Virus record (IMG/VR): IMGVR_UViG_3300046413_000884
Coordinates: 1-58,258 of that record
Origin: a virus
Lineage: Duplodnaviria; Caudoviricetes
Strand: one strand, 5' to 3'
Length of the DNA: 58,258 bases
The notes beneath the pieces were generated by a model. That model worked only from the letters and a program-made list of their open reading frames with translations. It did no database searches and was not told the origin of the DNA. This document shows positions 45,501-55,736 of this stretch, piece by piece (the stretch's first letter is position 1; the number at the start of each line of letters is the position of its first letter). A program made the translations under genes and the position numbers.

Positions 45501-48500
45501 CGGTATCTTCAGATGCAAGATCATAACTTATTCTTGTATGTACTGATGATTCACTATTAACTTCAACCTTAAGACCGAGTTCTTGGTCAACTTGTTTTGC
45601 GTTTACTCCCGTTTCTGGTACTGTAATAATCTGTAAATCTGAAAAATTCTTGTAACCAGCAGTGTGATCTAAACTATCAACAGTCTCTTTCCACTTATCT
45701 AATTCAATTTCGCCACGAATACTATAAGAGAATCTTTGATAATAATCATTGTCATGAAGTCTTTGAAGACTATCACTCAATTTGCCCACATCATTCAACC
45801 ATATTCCATTATCGTGAGAAACACTTCCTACATTTAACTCAAAATTAAATTCATTTATTTCTAAAACAGTTGCCTTAAAGTTACCTACAACACCACGAAT
45901 GACTGTATCTTTGGTGAATACACCATTAGTTTCATTAAGTCTTAGTATGCCTGACTCTTCATCCCAACCATCTTTTGCTACAGTGCCGAATACATTTAAA
46001 TCATTAAGATCAACTATTTTTTCACCTTCTACAAATCTAACAGATTGGAATTCTGGAGTAAATGTTGCAAGATCACTTACTCTGATAATTCTACCGAATT
46101 GTGCATTCTGGGCAATATTATATGTGCCACCAGTAAAACTTGAATCAGGAAGTTTATAACTGATACTTTCAGTTCCACTAGCAGTATTGCGAGCAGTTAC
46201 CTCAAAGAATTGGTAATCATAATCACTTGAATTGTAACCATCCGCAAGAGTAGGATTAGTGATTTGAACATTTTCTACAAAGATCTTATCTCCAATATTA
46301 AATGGAAACGGATTAGTGATTCCAAATCCAACATTTGGTGCTCTAAGGAAAAGTTCATTTACACCATTAGAAGAATTAGCGCCAATAACACCAACTCCAT
46401 TTGAGTTAGAAGTTGCAATAATTTTAAGATTATCTCCCAAGTTACTATCACTAGTAATAACTTCAATTTTTTCGACAGAACCACCTGCAAGTGTTGCTTT
46501 GGTTACAATTGAATCATTCCCAATTGCAATTACTGTTGGTGGAACATTATAATTAGATCCAGCAGTAACAATACCAATTGATTTTAGTGTTCTAGTATTA
46601 TTAAGTCTCAAAATAAGAGAACTATCTGCTTTTGGTTTGATGGTATTATCTTCTGAGAATTCAATACCAGGATAGGATACCATCCCATCTATAATTTCAC
46701 CAATTTCTGTGTTACTTAACTCCAGTTCTGCAGAAACTCCTGTAGTAGTTCCTATGGATGTAATTGCTGGAAAATCTTTAACATTGACGCCACCATTTAT
46801 AATTTTGGTTGAATGAATTCCACCAATTGCAGTTGGGGAACTAGTAGAATAGAATCCAGTGCTATATCCCGCAGGAGTATATGAGTTTGTCTCGGCAGAC
46901 CCAACTAAAGTAAATCCAAAGGAGTGATCAGTGCCTACTCCAATTGAGGCAACTTTATAGTTTTGATTAAATTTGGAGTCTACTATGCGGATATTGGAAT
47001 AATTTTCTACATTTACATTTGTAGATGTTGGATACGTATCTGTATACTTGGTATCATCTCCCTCAAGTCTATAATAGAAACTAGATGAAAGATTTTTGTT
47101 GATATCAATTATAATCTGTGTGGTAGGACTACCATCACCAATAATTCCGTCTCTCGTGATCAGAGTAGATTCGTATCTAGATTGGAACTCTCTATCATTA
47201 TAGAAATTAATATCAAATCCATCAAGACTTGTATCTCCAGTGTTTAGTGCGAATCTTCCACCATTTATGACATCTAACTTTGGATTTATTTTTGAAACTT
47301 CATGAGTTCCATGTCCCTGCTCAGTTATAGTAATGTTTTGATATGGGAATGCTCTCGCATCAAAATTTGTTTCCGCAAGTCTAAATCTGTCATCATCTAT
47401 TTTGATTACAAAATACTCTCTATTATTCTGGAGAGGTGTTGCAACACCAACAGCATTTACATAAGCAATAGAGTCACCAGTGCTTAATCCATGATTTACT
47501 GATGTGATTTCTGATGTAGTTACAGTTGCAATTCCAGTAGGAACAAAAGTCTTAGGATTAACAACCAGTTTTTTCAAAACCGGATTGTACTTGAACACAA
47601 ACTGTTGAACTTCATTGGGAGTTATATGTAATCTAACCTCATCTTCTTTCTGTAATCTATGTGCTACACTGGTTTCAACCCTAGCAGAAACCTTTTTAAC
47701 AATGCCCGTAATATTATCCTTTACCTGTGATAATGTATGACTATTTCCACTAGAATCATTAACAAAGAATAAAGTGGAATTAATACCAACGAATGCCCTA
47801 GAGGTTGCAATTCCAATAAAATCAGTTCCTACATTGACTGCAAAGAGATTAGTTGTAGAAATATCAAAGAAAGGAGAAAGTGAAGCAGTTGTAGCAGCAC
47901 GAATTGTACCTCCAATAGAAGTAATACTCAGTTCATCACCAGTTTTAAACTGATGATTTCTCAGATAGATTGTATTTGGTGGAATCGAAACTGTGATATT
48001 TGTGCTTCCAGCAACTCCAACAACAATTGAAGTATAAGTAGAACCTATACCAACAGCAGAAACTTCAAAGTTTTGCTTGTATGGAAGACTTAAATTCTTA
48101 TTTTCTAACTTTTTATCAAGAAGGAAATTAAACGTCTGTGGTTGCTTAACTACCAAATCTCCTACAGCATGAGTGCTAGCAGTACTATTATTAACAACTC
48201 TTGTAATTTTATATTTATCATTGACGGTATCAACTCCGACAATTTTCATTAACTCACCACCAACCTTGATAATATCATCTTCTACGAATTTTTCTGTAAA
48301 CGTAGAAGCTTGTAGTGAAATTACAGTGCTAATACCTGTTGCTGTAGTAGCAGCAACAGCAACTTTCATATTGGTTAGAACCGTACCTACTCCAATCGTT
48401 CTAAAACCTTCAATGTTTTTATACGTTGCAGAACCAATACCAGAAATTTCAATAATATCACCATCAAGGAAACCATGTGGAGTTGTAGTAACACCAGTCA

Positions 48501-51500
48501 CCACATTACCTATCACGCTAAAAATAGTATTTTTTAGTACAGTATCACTAGTTCCGATAGAAACAATATTTTGTCCTATAACTTGCTCAATCTCTACATC
48601 GATTGATGGTTCATTGAAATTGATTTGTTCTCCAACTTTATAATTAATACCAGAATCAATTACATTGACGGAATTTATTCTAGAAGATTTAATCGCATCT
48701 ACATCGACTTGTACCTTAGACGAAATGGGATCTTGTAAGAATGTATATTCTCTATGCAAATCATTTAACCCAAGATAAGTTACATTTCTCTTATACGAAC
48801 CGTTATTCAGAGTTGAGTCACTTTGATCAGTCTCACTATCATAGTTGAAAAGATCAGTTTCATTGTAATGTGATTTTGTAATGTATGGATATGCAAGATT
48901 CCCGCTAAAATCTATACTAGAGAAGTATGCATACGTTCCTTTAGGGAATTCTTTAGTTTTACCAAATCTTCCATTATATTCATCAAGATCACCACTTGCT
49001 TTATAAAGATAATCTTGTGTAAAAGATCCATTATTAAATCCAGATGGTCTGAGAGTATCAGAAGTTTCTGCATCAATTTCGTAACTTGAAAAGATTTTTT
49101 TAATTCCACCGTTACTTTGACCTTCTTTATGGAGTGGAATTGCATAACCGTATGGACCATAAATTGGATTGCCATCATATGCCCATCCAATGATTGGTGA
49201 ATGGTCTAGACCTGTGATCTTTTCATTTCCATCGGAATCAACGTTATCTTCTAATATTTGACGATAGAATGCTCCAGGATAAAAAGCAACTACTTTAGAC
49301 TCTTTCAAACTAGTTCCAGAATCTATTTGAACTAATTCTCTATTAAGTCTATCTAATTTGGGGATTGCGGGGTTATCGAGTTGAAGTACTTTTTTATATC
49401 TTTCAACATTATTGAATTTCCATTCATGAATTTGTGCATTCAACTTTGCACCAACACCAGTTGGGATTACTTCAATTTTTGTATCTTGGTCATATCCAAT
49501 ACCAGAATTGATAACATTGACTGCTGCAATAGAACCATCTACAATGGTAGCAGTTAATTCTGCTAAAGTACCTGCACCAACAACATTAATTGTTGGTGGA
49601 GAGGTGTAATTTAAACCTGGTTCTGCAACGTATACTGAAGTTAACTTTCCATCAACAACAACTGCTTTAATATCTGCTTCTTCTCCTGTCTTGACCTTAA
49701 TATCCAGATCTCTCTGATAGTTTATTACATCGGATACACCATACCCAACTCCGCCATTTCTAATAAACACATTCTCAAGACTTCCACGAACCACAGGAAC
49801 GCCAGTAGCATTATAATATGAAGGAGTGACACTAGTATTTCCAGTAGAAACAATACCATTGATTTTAACGACAATTGGTGGATACTTAAATGTATGTGTA
49901 CCTACACCCACACTGGTAAGGTTAACATACGATTTTTTGTCAAACTTAACACTACTGATAGTGGTTGCTGTTCCTGCTTCACTCAGAATGAATCTATCTT
50001 CATCTAAGACAGTTACCTTATAATTTACTGCTGTTGATAGTCCGCCAATAGCAGTTCCGTCAAATGAATATTCTAAATTATCACCAGTTTTGAATGAATG
50101 GTTTCTTGCATAGATGTAATTTGATTCAATGTTAACGCCAACAAAAGAACTATAGATATCTTTCTGATTTGCTGGTGGCCATGCTACAGCATCCACAATT
50201 ACTTTCTTATTGGAGAAATCATCAGTAGATTTTATGACATTGATTCTATCAATAACCTTTCTGTTTAATCTTGATGTAAACTTATGAGTGCCATTTCCAA
50301 AGGCATTCATATTAATCACATCTTTGGATAATGCTTTTTTTCTTGTAACAGCAAGTGAAACTTCTGTATCATTAATTTTTGCGATAAAATATACTGCACC
50401 AGATGTTAGTCTAGTTGTGCTAAATCCAACAGAAGTACTTCCAGCACCAATAGGAGTTCCTGTAGAAGAATATATAATTTCTTCTCCATCTGAGAATCTA
50501 TGCCCTTCTGCTATACTAATTTTATTTGAATTTTGATTTCCTCGCGCAGAATCAATGAAAGATACAGAATAAGTAAATCCTCTTATCCTTGCTTCAGCAA
50601 CTGCCTCTGTTCCATTTCCTCCAGAGATTGTTACCGTGGGAGTATCTTTGAAGTTGAAACCAGGAGAAGTAAGACTAACATCTACAACTTTTCCTTTAAA
50701 TTGTCCTACGAAACTAGCGCCAGAACTTCCTAGAGTATTTGCAACTCCAACCTCTGGTATATTGACAACATCGTAACCGGTTCCAGCAGTTTGAATATTA
50801 ACCTTGTCTATCTGACCAAAGAAAATCGAATCACTTGAAATTGGTGATTGAAATTCAACACCATTCAAGGAAACACCAATTGGTCCAACGATATCTTTAT
50901 GATCATTTGCAAGTTTTGGTATTCTATTAATTCTCTTGAAATTATTCTGATTGATTATATTCTTTTCAAATAATGAAAATGGAGTCAATTTATGTTCACT
51001 GATAGTTCCAATACCGGCAATATCAATATATACTTGATTATCAACAGCAGCACGACTAAATGCTAATTTTATATTATCATTGTCAATTACAGAAACAAAA
51101 TAATTTCCTGTTGAAATACCGGAAGTTCCAGAAATTGATTGATAATTTAACTGTTCGCCATTTTTAAAGTCGTGATTGTTGATAGTAATCAAATTGTCAG
51201 TTACGTTTATATTGCTAGCACTAAATGTCTTAGATCTATCAGTGACTGTTACGTTATCGTAACCAGGAAGACCCGAGAATGCAACATATGTGTTATTTTC
51301 TATATCAACAAAGGTATTTTGAATATTTGATAAAATACCGTCCTTATTGAAATTTGTACTTGCAAAGTCAAGTTTTTTCTTGATAAGATACTTTGTATTT
51401 ACATCAAATGGGAGACTATTTCCAGTAACCGAAAATTCTTTTCTATTGATTGTGGAACTAACTGTACAATTTGCTTCTTTAACACTCTTATCATTCATCA

Positions 51501-53157
51501 GTAGAATATCTACTTTATCACCAAGATGTAAGTGGTGGTCAACTACAGTTCTAAGAGAAGATGTTCCGATAACTTTTTCTACATGAGTAATTACTACATT
51601 ATTGTAGAACCATCTGTTGAATTTTACATCTGTTTCATCTACTTTCTCGCCAAGGTGCTTTACAGATAGCACATCTCCTTTTCTAAACTGACTTGTAGTA
51701 CTTTTACTATCTGCAACCCCCACAATGGTGCCAACGATTCGCATTGTAACGAGTTTGGTCGTATCATTATCTTCATAACCAAAAATATAGTTTCCATCAG
51801 TAATAGGATCATTCTCTACAAGAGTAGTAGACAGTCCCACACAGTTAAAAAACTGATTAGCACTCTTACCGGTATATGTGACTGCTGTTAAACCATCATT
51901 GTCGGGATTAAGGAATGAACCACTTTCTGGAAATCCAATAGTGGAATCTACAGTCAGAGTTGTATCTGAAATACCAATACCTAAAACTTTGGTTTTCTTA
52001 CTAACATTGAATGTATTTTCAATCGCATCTTTTGGAAAGAATAACTTATAAAAATACTTTCCATTCGAGAGCACAGGTTCAACTCTTGAAACAACACCTT
52101 TTGCAGTTGGATTGTCAGTTGATTCTTGTAATACAGTTGTTTCTGCTAGTTTAGTTGAGTCTCCACTGATAGTTTCAACAATTATAACATCTGAAAGTGA
52201 GAACTCAGCAGTTGATGCTTGAATTGTATTATCAAATGGTTTTACAACTTCAACACCCTTTCCAAACAGAACAGCAAAGAGAATCTTCAATGAAGTATCA
52301 GTTCCCTTTGAACTGTAGAAGTCCCTTGCCCTAGAAAGGATATTATCAATGTTAACGCTTTGAAATTGTCTATCTTCAATTCCTGGTAAGAATAATTTTT
52401 TATACTTTCTGAAAAATTCTGCTAAAAATACTAAACCAAGATTGGTAAGAGATGCCCCTGCATCATGAAAACCAGACTGACTAGAAGTGAAATTTAAAAA
52501 TTCACCATTACTGACATTATCGATACCAGAAAAACCTCTAATGCATCCAGTAAAAGCAAAATTGGTAGCAGTAGGAAGTGTTGCTCCTAATGGGTTAGAT
52601 TCATCAAGATCTAATACATCATCAAGAGCATTTTCATTATCAGAAATTGTAATAGTGTTTGAATCTATAACTTCACTAACAAAATAGACTTGACCAGCAA
52701 TAACAGTCGAAAATGACGTATCAAAAATGATAGTCTGTGCTCTAAAAGATTCTAAACCAACAGTAGATGTCAGTTTAACAATATTATTACTTGGTTCAAC
52801 TTTAGTGACCTTTTGAGCAAAAGAAGTTTTACCAGTATATGTAAAAATCTCATTTTCGATCTTTACAAGTCCATTTTTTGGTATAAATCCCAAATGATTG
52901 GTGACTTCAATAACATCATCATTGTTTCCAATAAATCTAGTCAGTTTTGGCGTAGTTTGTGTAAATTTGAGATTTACAAAACTATCAATATTCTTTAAAT
53001 CCTTAATATTTTCGGCAAGACTTATTGTTCCATACTCACTTTCCTGAGACAGATAGTATTGCTCTAAAAAGTCTTTAAAGAGCGGATTGTCATCTAAAAT
53101 AAATTCTGGAAGTTGACTTCTCAGAATATTGGAGATTTTTACTTTACTATCTGACAT
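42520..53157 (-). CDS. gp7: Baseplate wedge initiator, 3545 aa, with many accessory domains
   Basis: QLPEFI...FLEQYY.SQE, FYSSKGTD.S.KILF..LFG, LHDNDYYQRFSYSI, HTAGYKNF; lies between gp6 and gp8. Confidence 0.88.
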   Translation of the reverse strand: MSDSKVKISNILRSQLPEFILDDNPLFKDFLEQYYLSQESEYGTISLAENIKDLKNIDSFVNLKFTQTTPKLTRFIGNNDDVIEVTNHLGFIPKNGLVKIENEIFTYTGKTSFAQKVTKVEPSNNIVKLTSTVGLESFRAQTIIFDTSFSTVIAGQVYFVSEVIDSNTITISDNENALDDVLDLDESNPLGATLPTATNFAFTGCIRGFSGIDNVSNGEFLNFTSSQSGFHDAGASLTNLGLVFLAEFFRKYKKLFLPGIEDRQFQSVNIDNILSRARDFYSSKGTDTSLKILFAVLFGKGVEVVKPFDNTIQASTAEFSLSDVIIVETISGDSTKLAETTVLQESTDNPTAKGVVSRVEPVLSNGKYFYKLFFPKDAIENTFNVSKKTKVLGIGISDTTLTVDSTIGFPESGSFLNPDNDGLTAVTYTGKSANQFFNCVGLSTTLVENDPITDGNYIFGYEDNDTTKLVTMRIVGTIVGVADSKSTTSQFRKGDVLSVKHLGEKVDETDVKFNRWFYNNVVITHVEKVIGTSSLRTVVDHHLHLGDKVDILLMNDKSVKEANCTVSSTINRKEFSVTGNSLPFDVNTKYLIKKKLDFASTNFNKDGILSNIQNTFVDIENNTYVAFSGLPGYDNVTVTDRSKTFSASNINVTDNLITINNHDFKNGEQLNYQSISGTSGISTGNYFVSVIDNDNIKLAFSRAAVDNQVYIDIAGIGTISEHKLTPFSLFEKNIINQNNFKRINRIPKLANDHKDIVGPIGVSLNGVEFQSPISSDSIFFGQIDKVNIQTAGTGYDVVNIPEVGVANTLGSSGASFVGQFKGKVVDVSLTSPGFNFKDTPTVTISGGNGTEAVAEARIRGFTYSVSFIDSARGNQNSNKISIAEGHRFSDGEEIIYSSTGTPIGAGSTSVGFSTTRLTSGAVYFIAKINDTEVSLAVTRKKALSKDVINMNAFGNGTHKFTSRLNRKVIDRINVIKSTDDFSNKKVIVDAVAWPPANQKDIYSSFVGVNIESNYIYARNHSFKTGDNLEYSFDGTAIGGLSTAVNYKVTVLDEDRFILSEAGTATTISSVKFDKKSYVNLTSVGVGTHTFKYPPIVVKINGIVSTGNTSVTPSYYNATGVPVVRGSLENVFIRNGGVGYGVSDVINYQRDLDIKVKTGEEADIKAVVVDGKLTSVYVAEPGLNYTSPPTINVVGAGTLAELTATIVDGSIAAVNVINSGIGYDQDTKIEVIPTGVGAKLNAQIHEWKFNNVERYKKVLQLDNPAIPKLDRLNRELVQIDSGTSLKESKVVAFYPGAFYRQILEDNVDSDGNEKITGLDHSPIIGWAYDGNPIYGPYGYAIPLHKEGQSNGGIKKIFSSYEIDAETSDTLRPSGFNNGSFTQDYLYKASGDLDEYNGRFGKTKEFPKGTYAYFSSIDFSGNLAYPYITKSHYNETDLFNYDSETDQSDSTLNNGSYKRNVTYLGLNDLHREYTFLQDPISSKVQVDVDAIKSSRINSVNVIDSGINYKVGEQINFNEPSIDVEIEQVIGQNIVSIGTSDTVLKNTIFSVIGNVVTGVTTTPHGFLDGDIIEISGIGSATYKNIEGFRTIGVGTVLTNMKVAVAATTATGISTVISLQASTFTEKFVEDDIIKVGGELMKIVGVDTVNDKYKITRVVNNSTASTHAVGDLVVKQPQTFNFLLDKKLENKNLSLPYKQNFEVSAVGIGSTYTSIVVGVAGSTNITVSIPPNTIYLRNHQFKTGDELSITSIGGTIRAATTASLSPFFDISTTNLFAVNVGTDFIGIATSRAFVGINSTLFFVNDSSGNSHTLSQVKDNITGIVKKVSARVETSVAHRLQKEDEVRLHITPNEVQQFVFKYNPVLKKLVVNPKTFVPTGIATVTTSEITSVNHGLSTGDSIAYVNAVGVATPLQNNREYFVIKIDDDRFRLAETNFDARAFPYQNITITEQGHGTHEVSKINPKLDVINGGRFALNTGDTSLDGFDINFYNDREFQSRYESTLITRDGIIGDGSPTTQIIIDINKNLSSSFYYRLEGDDTKYTDTYPTSTNVNVENYSNIRIVDSKFNQNYKVASIGVGTDHSFGFTLVGSAETNSYTPAGYSTGFYSTSSPTAIGGIHSTKIINGGVNVKDFPAITSIGTTTGVSAELELSNTEIGEIIDGMVSYPGIEFSEDNTIKPKADSSLILRLNNTRTLKSIGIVTAGSNYNVPPTVIAIGNDSIVTKATLAGGSVEKIEVITSDSNLGDNLKIIATSNSNGVGVIGANSSNGVNELFLRAPNVGFGITNPFPFNIGDKIFVENVQITNPTLADGYNSSDYDYQFFEVTARNTASGTESISYKLPDSSFTGGTYNIAQNAQFGRIIRVSDLATFTPEFQSVRFVEGEKIVDLNDLNVFGTVAKDGWDEESGILRLNETNGVFTKDTVIRGVVGNFKATVLEINEFNFELNVGSVSHDNGIWLNDVGKLSDSLQRLHDNDYYQRFSYSIRGEIELDKWKETVDSLDHTAGYKNFSDLQIITVPETGVNAKQVDQELGLKVEVNSESSVHTRISYDLASEDTDSFGISKIIKFDSKIITDYNESRTNKVLMIDDISSQFNGIGNSAGQLVGLSTFSIFNNSNSMLHHSVNPTTGIGASTISIVDHNFSTGEELVYDPTNAGINTGSSMSIVSTNVAGIGATTLLPEKVFAIRISKNQFKVAVAATEASNGNHVTFTNTAGIGLTQSFSTEGDLATTRSIITIDNIIQSPIAVKPVGVAITMSEAVGVGSTQITVSDISKIAGKSLLRFGTGEIVKVDLVGAGNVLNVQRGVMGTVAAAYTVGTASSVVSGDYRIKQGKIYLSDAPYGPAGIGSLTTRSKFSGRIFYKLTYNENTIFDDISDSFNSTTDQFAITSSGVAVTGITTSHGAVLINNIFQKPFLSPIGSVLVANYQIEKTASGEDINFTGTSVVGDLPQGGIINEFVVGVGSGYQFPTRAIGAAVVNGSGVITGVTVGIGSTGIRSGGAGHIFPPNVSIADSLGGGSGAAVTAIIGTAGTVTGFSVVSGGTGYTQANPPQVFTDEPAPYKNLRLVGSSTGSGAEMDVVVGTGGSIISFNMSSTGNGYKEGDVLTLQGLPFQSGVSTSHFTVTVKNRYQDKFSGWTFGQLLEVDDFSNQFNGAKTQFLITRTETTKEFYSIVAKEGSGIILQNNFLVFLNDVLQKPGIDYEFNGGTRFKFKEAPKAGSTFRMYFYTGSDQDYSAIDIDPTVKEGDELRLQVQDNTISQDRRTIYALIAADTVETETYTGVGISTDSSFLRPVEWTKQTSDLIIDGLRIPKVRNSLEPLYYPSTKIIAPVGPTDTTIYAEDVWSFEQIDNLGQTLNDITVTSAVGVGLTIPLVETIKSVGYDGDYGHILDVTTAASGVNSLPTIVFDFFPHPQIYSQSGNPGTIRKTGISTGDYFVVRNSVIGSGVTSIDGDVSTTVSTGTSFIDNVYRAAQVVAIGGTDTIRVSTNVMSLTGINTNTHDQTDFTYGSFSWGKINIGSRNGSEFVFQKNDPLSGLSTSAHISRTTELKAQY

Positions 53158-53160
53158 TTC

Positions 53161-55080
53161 TTATCGAGTAAATTTCGTGCTGCTAGTGTAACTTGAAGGA
53201 GGAATATAGTTTGTACCAGATCTACTTGATCCAGAAGTAACTAAATCTTCTTTAAGTGTTAAAACACTTTTTCCTGTAGTATCTAGGACGATATACAAGT
53301 TCTCTTTTGCGACAATATCATTTGATTCGGGTGTGACCCCAATTTCAATTCTATTGGGCAGTGAAGTTGATGAAATATTGATTGGGAAGAGAATAATCTC
53401 ACCTTTTACATAGTCAACAGTTCCAGCATCCGCAATGACAGTAATAATCTCATTATTATCATTAAATTTGATGACTGATATCGATCCAGTTGTTGGTGCT
53501 ACTTGAACCGGTCTTCCAGGAATCGTAATATCGGTATCAGGAACATCAGTCAGGAAAAGAGTTCCATCAATACCCGAAACTTTAAATCCAGATGACCTAA
53601 TATTGAAACCTTCTACCTCTGCATGGAATTTATTTGCATAACATAGTTCATAATTAGCAAGTTGGTCATATGCAGGAACCAAATTTCTTCTCATTACAAG
53701 ATTAGTGATATTTGAAGTAATTCCAGCATCAACATTATCAATTTGGCGAAGAAGTTTACTATACTTCAATCTTCCACCGAAAGAATTAATATCAGTTGAC
53801 TTAGAATAGTTTACGATTGCATTTACAACTCTACTATACAGGTCTTCAGTGCTTGTAACAGTTCCTGGATCATATGAGACCGTACTATCATACTCCACAT
53901 ACAGATATTTCAGATCTAAAAATTCTTGTCTGATACCAGCAATGGTGTATTCCTTTAATTTGTTCTTGATAGTGTTTTTTGCCACGTCAGAAAGGAAATC
54001 ACCATTTTTGGGTTTGACTGTAATAAAAACTTTGCCATATTCTGGGGGATCTAGTTCTTCACCTCCATATGCCGAGACAGAATCAACATTAGGATACAAA
54101 AAAGGTATCAGACTAGTGTAATCATTGGCAGTGACTGCTCTGTACTGTGATGCATAGACCCTAGGAGCAAGATATTTGATGGTATCAATACTTTCTATAT
54201 CATCACCCTGTTCTGCCGCTTGTAGGGTCGTTACAGCAGAGATATTATTTGTTACATTTCGGTCTCTTCCTTCACTTTTCGCAACTAATTGACCAGAGAA
54301 AGTGAAATTGGATGCACCATTTGCTGCTCCACCAGTTGTTTCAATATAAGTAACCTCAATCTTGCTTCCATTGGGTGGTTTTTTACCTAAAATGTTGTCT
54401 CCGAAGAGAATTTGATACTTTTCGTCCGAAATTTCTTGTACAAGATACAAACGAGTCTCAGCATTAACGTTGAAAATGTTTGTATATGGTGTATATTCTT
54501 CTATCGCAGTCCCAACCGTCCGAACACGAATCGTAGAGGTGTCAATATTACTTGTTGGTAGGATATATTTTGCATCCGGTTGTGAATCATCGACTAAAAA
54601 AGTTTTTTTCAGTAAATTTCCTTCAAGAATCTCAATATTACTAAATGCTACAATTCCTGAAGAGTTTGGAGATGCTGTAACGTCCTCTGGAATTGAAAAA
54701 ATGTAGTTTGAATTATCGGCACCACCTAATGCAACCACACCTTTCTTCAATACAACTGATCTAGCATTTGTACTTGCAACATTTGCAGTAAAAGTGATTC
54801 TTGCAGTTGCTGCTTTCTTCGATCTGGGTACATATCCAATATTTCTTGCTAAAGATACGACATTCTCTCTTAATGTCGCACTATCAATGAACGATTCGTT
54901 CACTGCCATGTTAGTGTTGTAGGCAGTAACGTATGAATTATATGCTAACGTGTCGATTAGGATCGAAAAGTTGGACCCTTCAAAGTCAAAGTCCGTAAAA
55001 TTACTATTCGACCTCAGATAATCCTTTATCTGCTCTCGGATATCGTTAAAATCGAGATTGGTAAACTGATTGAATGCCAT
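53161..55080 (-). CDS. gp6: Baseplate wedge subunit
   Basis: FTDFDFEGSN, DSATLRENVVSLARNIGYVP, QYRAVTANDY, GTVDY.KG. Confidence 0.96.
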   Translation of the reverse strand: MAFNQFTNLDFNDIREQIKDYLRSNSNFTDFDFEGSNFSILIDTLAYNSYVTAYNTNMAVNESFIDSATLRENVVSLARNIGYVPRSKKAATARITFTANVASTNARSVVLKKGVVALGGADNSNYIFSIPEDVTASPNSSGIVAFSNIEILEGNLLKKTFLVDDSQPDAKYILPTSNIDTSTIRVRTVGTAIEEYTPYTNIFNVNAETRLYLVQEISDEKYQILFGDNILGKKPPNGSKIEVTYIETTGGAANGASNFTFSGQLVAKSEGRDRNVTNNISAVTTLQAAEQGDDIESIDTIKYLAPRVYASQYRAVTANDYTSLIPFLYPNVDSVSAYGGEELDPPEYGKVFITVKPKNGDFLSDVAKNTIKNKLKEYTIAGIRQEFLDLKYLYVEYDSTVSYDPGTVTSTEDLYSRVVNAIVNYSKSTDINSFGGRLKYSKLLRQIDNVDAGITSNITNLVMRRNLVPAYDQLANYELCYANKFHAEVEGFNIRSSGFKVSGIDGTLFLTDVPDTDITIPGRPVQVAPTTGSISVIKFNDNNEIITVIADAGTVDYVKGEIILFPINISSTSLPNRIEIGVTPESNDIVAKENLYIVLDTTGKSVLTLKEDLVTSGSSRSGTNYIPPSSYTSSTKFTR

Positions 55081-55478
55081 TATACCCTGGAAGGTTGTAA
55101 GATAAACTCTATAGCTTGTGTAGGAAGTGGTAATCCAACGATGTCATACTCAATTTGAATCAATAAATCATTAGTATCTGTCTGAGTCTCCGTAAAAACG
55201 TTGGTCAGTTCGATTCTAGGTTCATAATTTTTCAATAATGTAATAATTTCTTCCCTCAATACATCATTATCAAATGTATCTAATTCAAAAAGTGCATCAC
55301 CAACAGATGTTCCTAAAATATCGTTAAAAAATCTCTCTCCAACTCTAGTTCGGATCAAATTTATAACAGATTTTTTGATCGCATCCTCATTTTTAAGGAC
55401 TGTCACATCGTTTGTTATAGGATGACGTTTAAAAGATAGACTAATATCCCTAAAACTACGTGATCGCTTAGTTGGCAT
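55080..55478 (-). CDS. gp25: Baseplate wedge subunit (GPW/gp25 fold)
   Basis: FRDISLSFKRHPITND, GERFFN..LG, NYEPRI. Confidence 0.95.
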   Translation of the reverse strand: MPTKRSRSFRDISLSFKRHPITNDVTVLKNEDAIKKSVINLIRTRVGERFFNDILGTSVGDALFELDTFDNDVLREEIITLLKNYEPRIELTNVFTETQTDTNDLLIQIEYDIVGLPLPTQAIEFILQPSRV

Positions 55479-55502
55479 CTGTTCCGATACACTTCAACAT
55501 AC

Positions 55503-55510
55503 TATCTATA
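55503..55510 (-). promoter_or_regulatory. Late promoter variant TATAGATA (gp25 operon)
   Basis: One mismatch to consensus, about 25 nt upstream of gp25. Confidence 0.55.
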
Positions 55511-55514
55511 ATGG

Positions 55515-55736
55515 TTAGTAACGATTTGGAATTGAATCGTAAGACGATTCTTCCGAAAGCACCTGTTTTTTATCACCCTCGATAGGTTTTGCTTCATCAT
55601 TTAGCACCTCTTTCAACTCTACAGGAGTATCTTGAGGTGCATTTTTGGGTAATGACCAATAATCTGTAATCAAACTGGTTGTACCCCACACTTCTTTCAT
55701 GTATGCTTCATTTCTATCAACTGGTGAGTTACCCAT
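55515..55736 (-). CDS. 73-aa hypothetical protein
   Basis: GAGGAG RBS; AATAAATA late-promoter variant at 55755-55762. Confidence 0.8.
   Translation of the reverse strand: MGNSPVDRNEAYMKEVWGTTSLITDYWSLPKNAPQDTPVELKEVLNDEAKPIEGDKKQVLSEESSYDSIPNRY

Noticed and set aside
23595-52998. Many 60-180 aa plus-strand ORFs inside gp18, gp14, the fibre, vrlC and gp7
   Set aside because: Shadow frames of Gly/Thr/Val-rich genes, fully nested in strong minus-strand CDSs.
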